Origin: a virus
Lineage: Duplodnaviria > Caudoviricetes
Virus record (IMG/VR): IMGVR_UViG_3300042366_001387
Location: 1-55,154 of that record
Direction: 5' to 3' (one strand)
DNA length: 55,154 nucleotides
The notes beneath the pieces were generated by a model that was not told the origin of the DNA, searched no databases, and worked only from the letters and a program-made list of their open reading frames with translations. Positions 53,001 to 55,154 of this stretch are shown here, piece by piece. How positions within the stretch are numbered: the stretch's first letter is position 1; each line of letters begins with the position of its first letter. A program made the position numbers and the translations under genes.

Positions 53001-54739
53001 CAGGTCAGGTCAAAGCTGTGAGTAACATTTTGCTGTGCTAAAATCGTGGCAGAGGAGCCGCCGCCGGGGCCGTTAAACTTGGCAACAACCCGGAACGGAT
53101 CAGTTGTGCTACCTCCCGCTGGTTCAACAAACTCAATACCGACAAACGGAGCAGGGGGCGAGCCAGCAGCAAGAGAGAGTTGAGCGGTATAGCCCAGAAA
53201 GAACGTGCCGTCAAAATTATTGTTTGCAAGTCTAAAGCTGCCAGCCATTCGGAAAGTATTGGTCCTGGCCAGTGGAGTGATACTGGTGTCGGCGTAGTAG
53301 GCATACGTGGACGCCCGAGCGATTGCGCCACCAATGGCACCGGCTTCGCCGCTGACAGCACTAGAGTTTTGCCAACCAAAATTGTGACCATTGATAGTAT
53401 TTCCAAGCCCGATCCAGTCAGCGTCTTCTGTTGATTGCTGAGTGAGAAATGGTTGCACGATGCTGATGTCAGGCTCGCCTGGGTCAACGGGGCCACCGCC
53501 CTCGCCGCCGCCCTCTTCGCCGCCCTCGCCGTCAGGGTCTTCCGGTTCGGGAGGCGGTTCAGGCATAAAGCCTATGTTTTCGCTTACTTCTACAACAACA
53601 ACGCCAGAAGGCACGTAAGTATCAACGCTGCCAACATTTCGGAATACAGCCAATACGATACCGTCGCCACATTGATACTCAACCTTTACGACAAAAGGAA
53701 GTGACTTGCTGTAGCTAGCGCGATCAACAAAATCCCCCAGCGCCACTTCGGCAGCGGGAATACTAACTTCAAATGCCTGGCCAGGATTTAGCGCAAATCC
53801 AACAACACCAAGCGTGTATCTCATTGACGTTACGATTCGCCTTGCTGTCTCTGCGGTGCCGCTAATATCAATTGGCCATTCGCCGGTCGCTCCATCGCCA
53901 TCGACTCCGGGCGCCCCAACTGAGTTGTAGCTAATCGCACGAGGAGCCGATCCGTCATAGCTAGAGCCTGGATTGGCGCCGCTTCCGGTGTCGTCAAAGG
54001 TTATCGATTCAGGGGAAATGGCTTCAACCTGGATGTTCTCCGTGCCGTCAAACTCAACGCCATTGATAAGGCGGCCCGTTTCAAGCTGGCTGGCGGTTGC
54101 GGCATTGCCAGTTATATCAATGTCCCAGCTACCCGAAGCATCTTCACCAGTCAGCCCTGGTGCGCCAATGGTGTTTCGGCTAACCGTCAAAGCCTGAGAG
54201 CCATCGAACTCGGAATCGGGGGCGGCGCCGGATCCAGAGTCGTCAAAGGTGATCGTCTCAATTTCCGTGCCAGGTAGCGTTATGTCTTCGGTGCCATCAA
54301 AAGACACGCCATTGATCAAGCGAGCAGTGGCCAGCTTTGTAGCAGTGTCAGCATTGCCCGACAGGTCCCCCTCGAACGTATTGGCCTCCACGTTGCCACT
54401 TTGGTCCCTGCGCATCAGGGTGCCACTGCTGCTGGTCGCCGTGGCCCCATCCAAAAGGGTGAACATGGCGCTGGGCATGAAGCCTGCGGCGTTGCTCGTG
54501 GCAGCCGCGTGCTGAAGGCCGCCTCCCTGGTTCCCGTGGGCGTGAACATGCCCTGCGTCCGCTCCCTGGCCCGTGGTGCCCGGTGCGGCCGTGCCAAGCG
54601 GCTGAGGGTTGGCCGTGCTCAGCGAAGGGTCTCCAGTGCCAAACACGGCGACCTGCGCAGCTGGCGCATCAAGCACTGTTACCTGAACGCCGTCAATTTC
54701 GATGACAGAAAGCTCAACCTGGGATGCAGTGGATGACAT
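50063..54739 (-). CDS. Tail fibre/tailspike with two pectate-lyase-like beta-helix modules
   Basis: ATKLATARLINGVSFDG x2; DVRNLP..GGVSAVGN..DDWAA.Q...YFPRASY and DVKALP..GGVSAVGNG...DTAAI...VYLPPGTY. Confidence 0.85.
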   Translation of the reverse strand: MSSTASQVELSVIEIDGVQVTVLDAPAAQVAVFGTGDPSLSTANPQPLGTAAPGTTGQGADAGHVHAHGNQGGGLQHAAATSNAAGFMPSAMFTLLDGATATSSSGTLMRRDQSGNVEANTFEGDLSGNADTATKLATARLINGVSFDGTEDITLPGTEIETITFDDSGSGAAPDSEFDGSQALTVSRNTIGAPGLTGEDASGSWDIDITGNAATASQLETGRLINGVEFDGTENIQVEAISPESITFDDTGSGANPGSSYDGSAPRAISYNSVGAPGVDGDGATGEWPIDISGTAETARRIVTSMRYTLGVVGFALNPGQAFEVSIPAAEVALGDFVDRASYSKSLPFVVKVEYQCGDGIVLAVFRNVGSVDTYVPSGVVVVEVSENIGFMPEPPPEPEDPDGEGGEEGGGEGGGPVDPGEPDISIVQPFLTQQSTEDADWIGLGNTINGHNFGWQNSSAVSGEAGAIGGAIARASTYAYYADTSITPLARTNTFRMAGSFRLANNNFDGTFFLGYTAQLSLAAGSPPAPFVGIEFVEPAGGSTTDPFRVVAKFNGPGGGSSATILAQQNVTHSFDLTWTGTPNGSGVLSGTLIGTAVSIAVTPGTESFTAFGLFAGGTGADSNRKTGTCLFDNLRYRKGTVLPPPPPEPPVPTTTPLPQALVPVKIFDVRNLPSNVNGGVSAVGNNSADDWAAMQACINAARDWAASTGEYAMAYFPRASYKTLRTIVVTGGNYMIGGAGLNLTSIIGHDTASSSISPVFEIIDFTGRIEFLDIRHNTDQMRLVVRQSSSDSSKPSRLHYEHCNFNGWGSQFVNPSNGQSYSFTSNAGMAWQVLNLNSNSILTSSATSSQRKGVSFDNCSNARILFSQYGQQGWGALRVRGSTALRNGFFGALNFYGMARIEDNLSFIASDHYIEQLRPTTTLDNKNFASPALVLSGSPGDTRTGRVTFSSSVLNGAYGSSAQLTTDTNKLPYETYVTVSDWRGRLSMLSAEYSNAFESGGSDYDPNKLEFKFTCAGTAPVSVLLAGNSFKQGVGQAAPKIQGGTNVGRHVLANWNPGATVSASKVVPNITDSNTLTLAGQALNDLRELSRMDLLLNKYIDSATFPLPTSGEITTPPLLPQLDWEKRSDWLDVKALPSSVNGGVSAVGNGNPANKNQDTAAILAACNEVRKKNSPWSTVYLPPGTYCLASELFPYPPPITVSASFTGSITGNTLTVTAVSSGTITTGHAVQGNGVTEGPIIKSRGTGTGGVGTYILNISFASPVASTAMQSGAGQSTSFNMRGHGRDTIVEWHGASGGQMFRSDGAPHSSYIGIIWDGRNIAGKGFMHRSTVMRESKVLHQFEVFRNFTQNGSGSLSRPGTLSDKYLESSQWRDCIFINCGTALSATNGNDYMINVDGCWFYDNAIGVYAPTGQALIRNCRFFRSTDMDVKELNDSRANSIRRCSSVGSRVFYERDAQTITVPSSRTTSIQDCYISGWTNTGYAILSKATGANCYDPMLIFDCVFVNGPSANPPIKLDRAVQVLHSNNSWTHAGTTYTGAQLFANFTANIVEIPVP

Positions 54740-55122
54740 TAGTTGTTCCTGGAAACAGTTTCTCGAACCTGAAGCGGTGCAGTGGCGTAATAAAACCGAT
54801 CGCCATTTGACTTGGTGATACTAATATCGGTTTTATGATTGCCGCCAACCGGAAGCATCAGTGATTCGATTGGCGTCAATTCGAGATCAAACATGCCAGG
54901 TACTGGCGTGCCCTCAATTTCCGGCAGGGCGACAGTGAAAGTCCCGATTTGCTCACCCGCAGCATTTTTAATGTCTGCATCAACCACAACGCCTTCTTCC
55001 GTTAGGTCGATCTCGCTGCCACCTACTGAAACAATAAAGCGCTTCCTGAAGGTAGAATTGCGCAATACAATAAATGGCTCCAGTACCGCTGGCAATTGAG
55101 AAAGTTGAGGGAGCTCGCTCAT
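54739..55122 (-). CDS. Tail-associated protein
   Basis: TAATG coupling to the fibre gene; related to 18100-18726. Confidence 0.75.
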   Translation of the reverse strand: MSELPQLSQLPAVLEPFIVLRNSTFRKRFIVSVGGSEIDLTEEGVVVDADIKNAAGEQIGTFTVALPEIEGTPVPGMFDLELTPIESLMLPVGGNHKTDISITKSNGDRFYYATAPLQVRETVSRNN

Positions 55123-55154
55123 GGCTTAGGTTGCTCCACTGCAGAGTATTCTTC

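Overview
The window reads as part of a tailed dsDNA phage genome, probably a cyanophage of a freshwater picocyanobacterium (Synechococcus/Cyanobium-like). The host call is inferred from a cyAbrB-like regulator, a group-2-like sigma70 factor and several small-ORF families typical of cyanophages. It has long + strand runs of small, tightly coupled early genes. The replication, recombination and nucleotide genes include an AEP-type Rep/primase, an HTH initiator plus DnaB, ERF, an exonuclease, SSB, dNMP kinase, RusA, a MazG-like protein and dCTP deaminase. There is one tRNA(CAT), a - strand lysis/tail-fibre module at the right end, and a separate - strand virion-protein island (12.6-18.7 kb) carrying three paralogous gene pairs. 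No integrase, terminase, capsid, CRISPR array or reverse transcriptase is visible. The best leads are: (1) an ORF-free, densely structured ~440-nt - strand RNA candidate (11.9-12.35 kb) with its own extended -10 promoter, a pseudoknot and a terminator, convergent on an RlaP-like nucleotidyltransferase; (2) seven sigma70 promoters sharing a 13-bp palindromic operator fixed directly against the -10 box; (3) a second pseudoknotted RNA candidate after ssb; (4) a 28-30.4 kb zone of mosaic genes joined by recurrent 25-35 bp repeats. All protein assignments come from motif recognition by eye, and all RNA structures from manual pairing.
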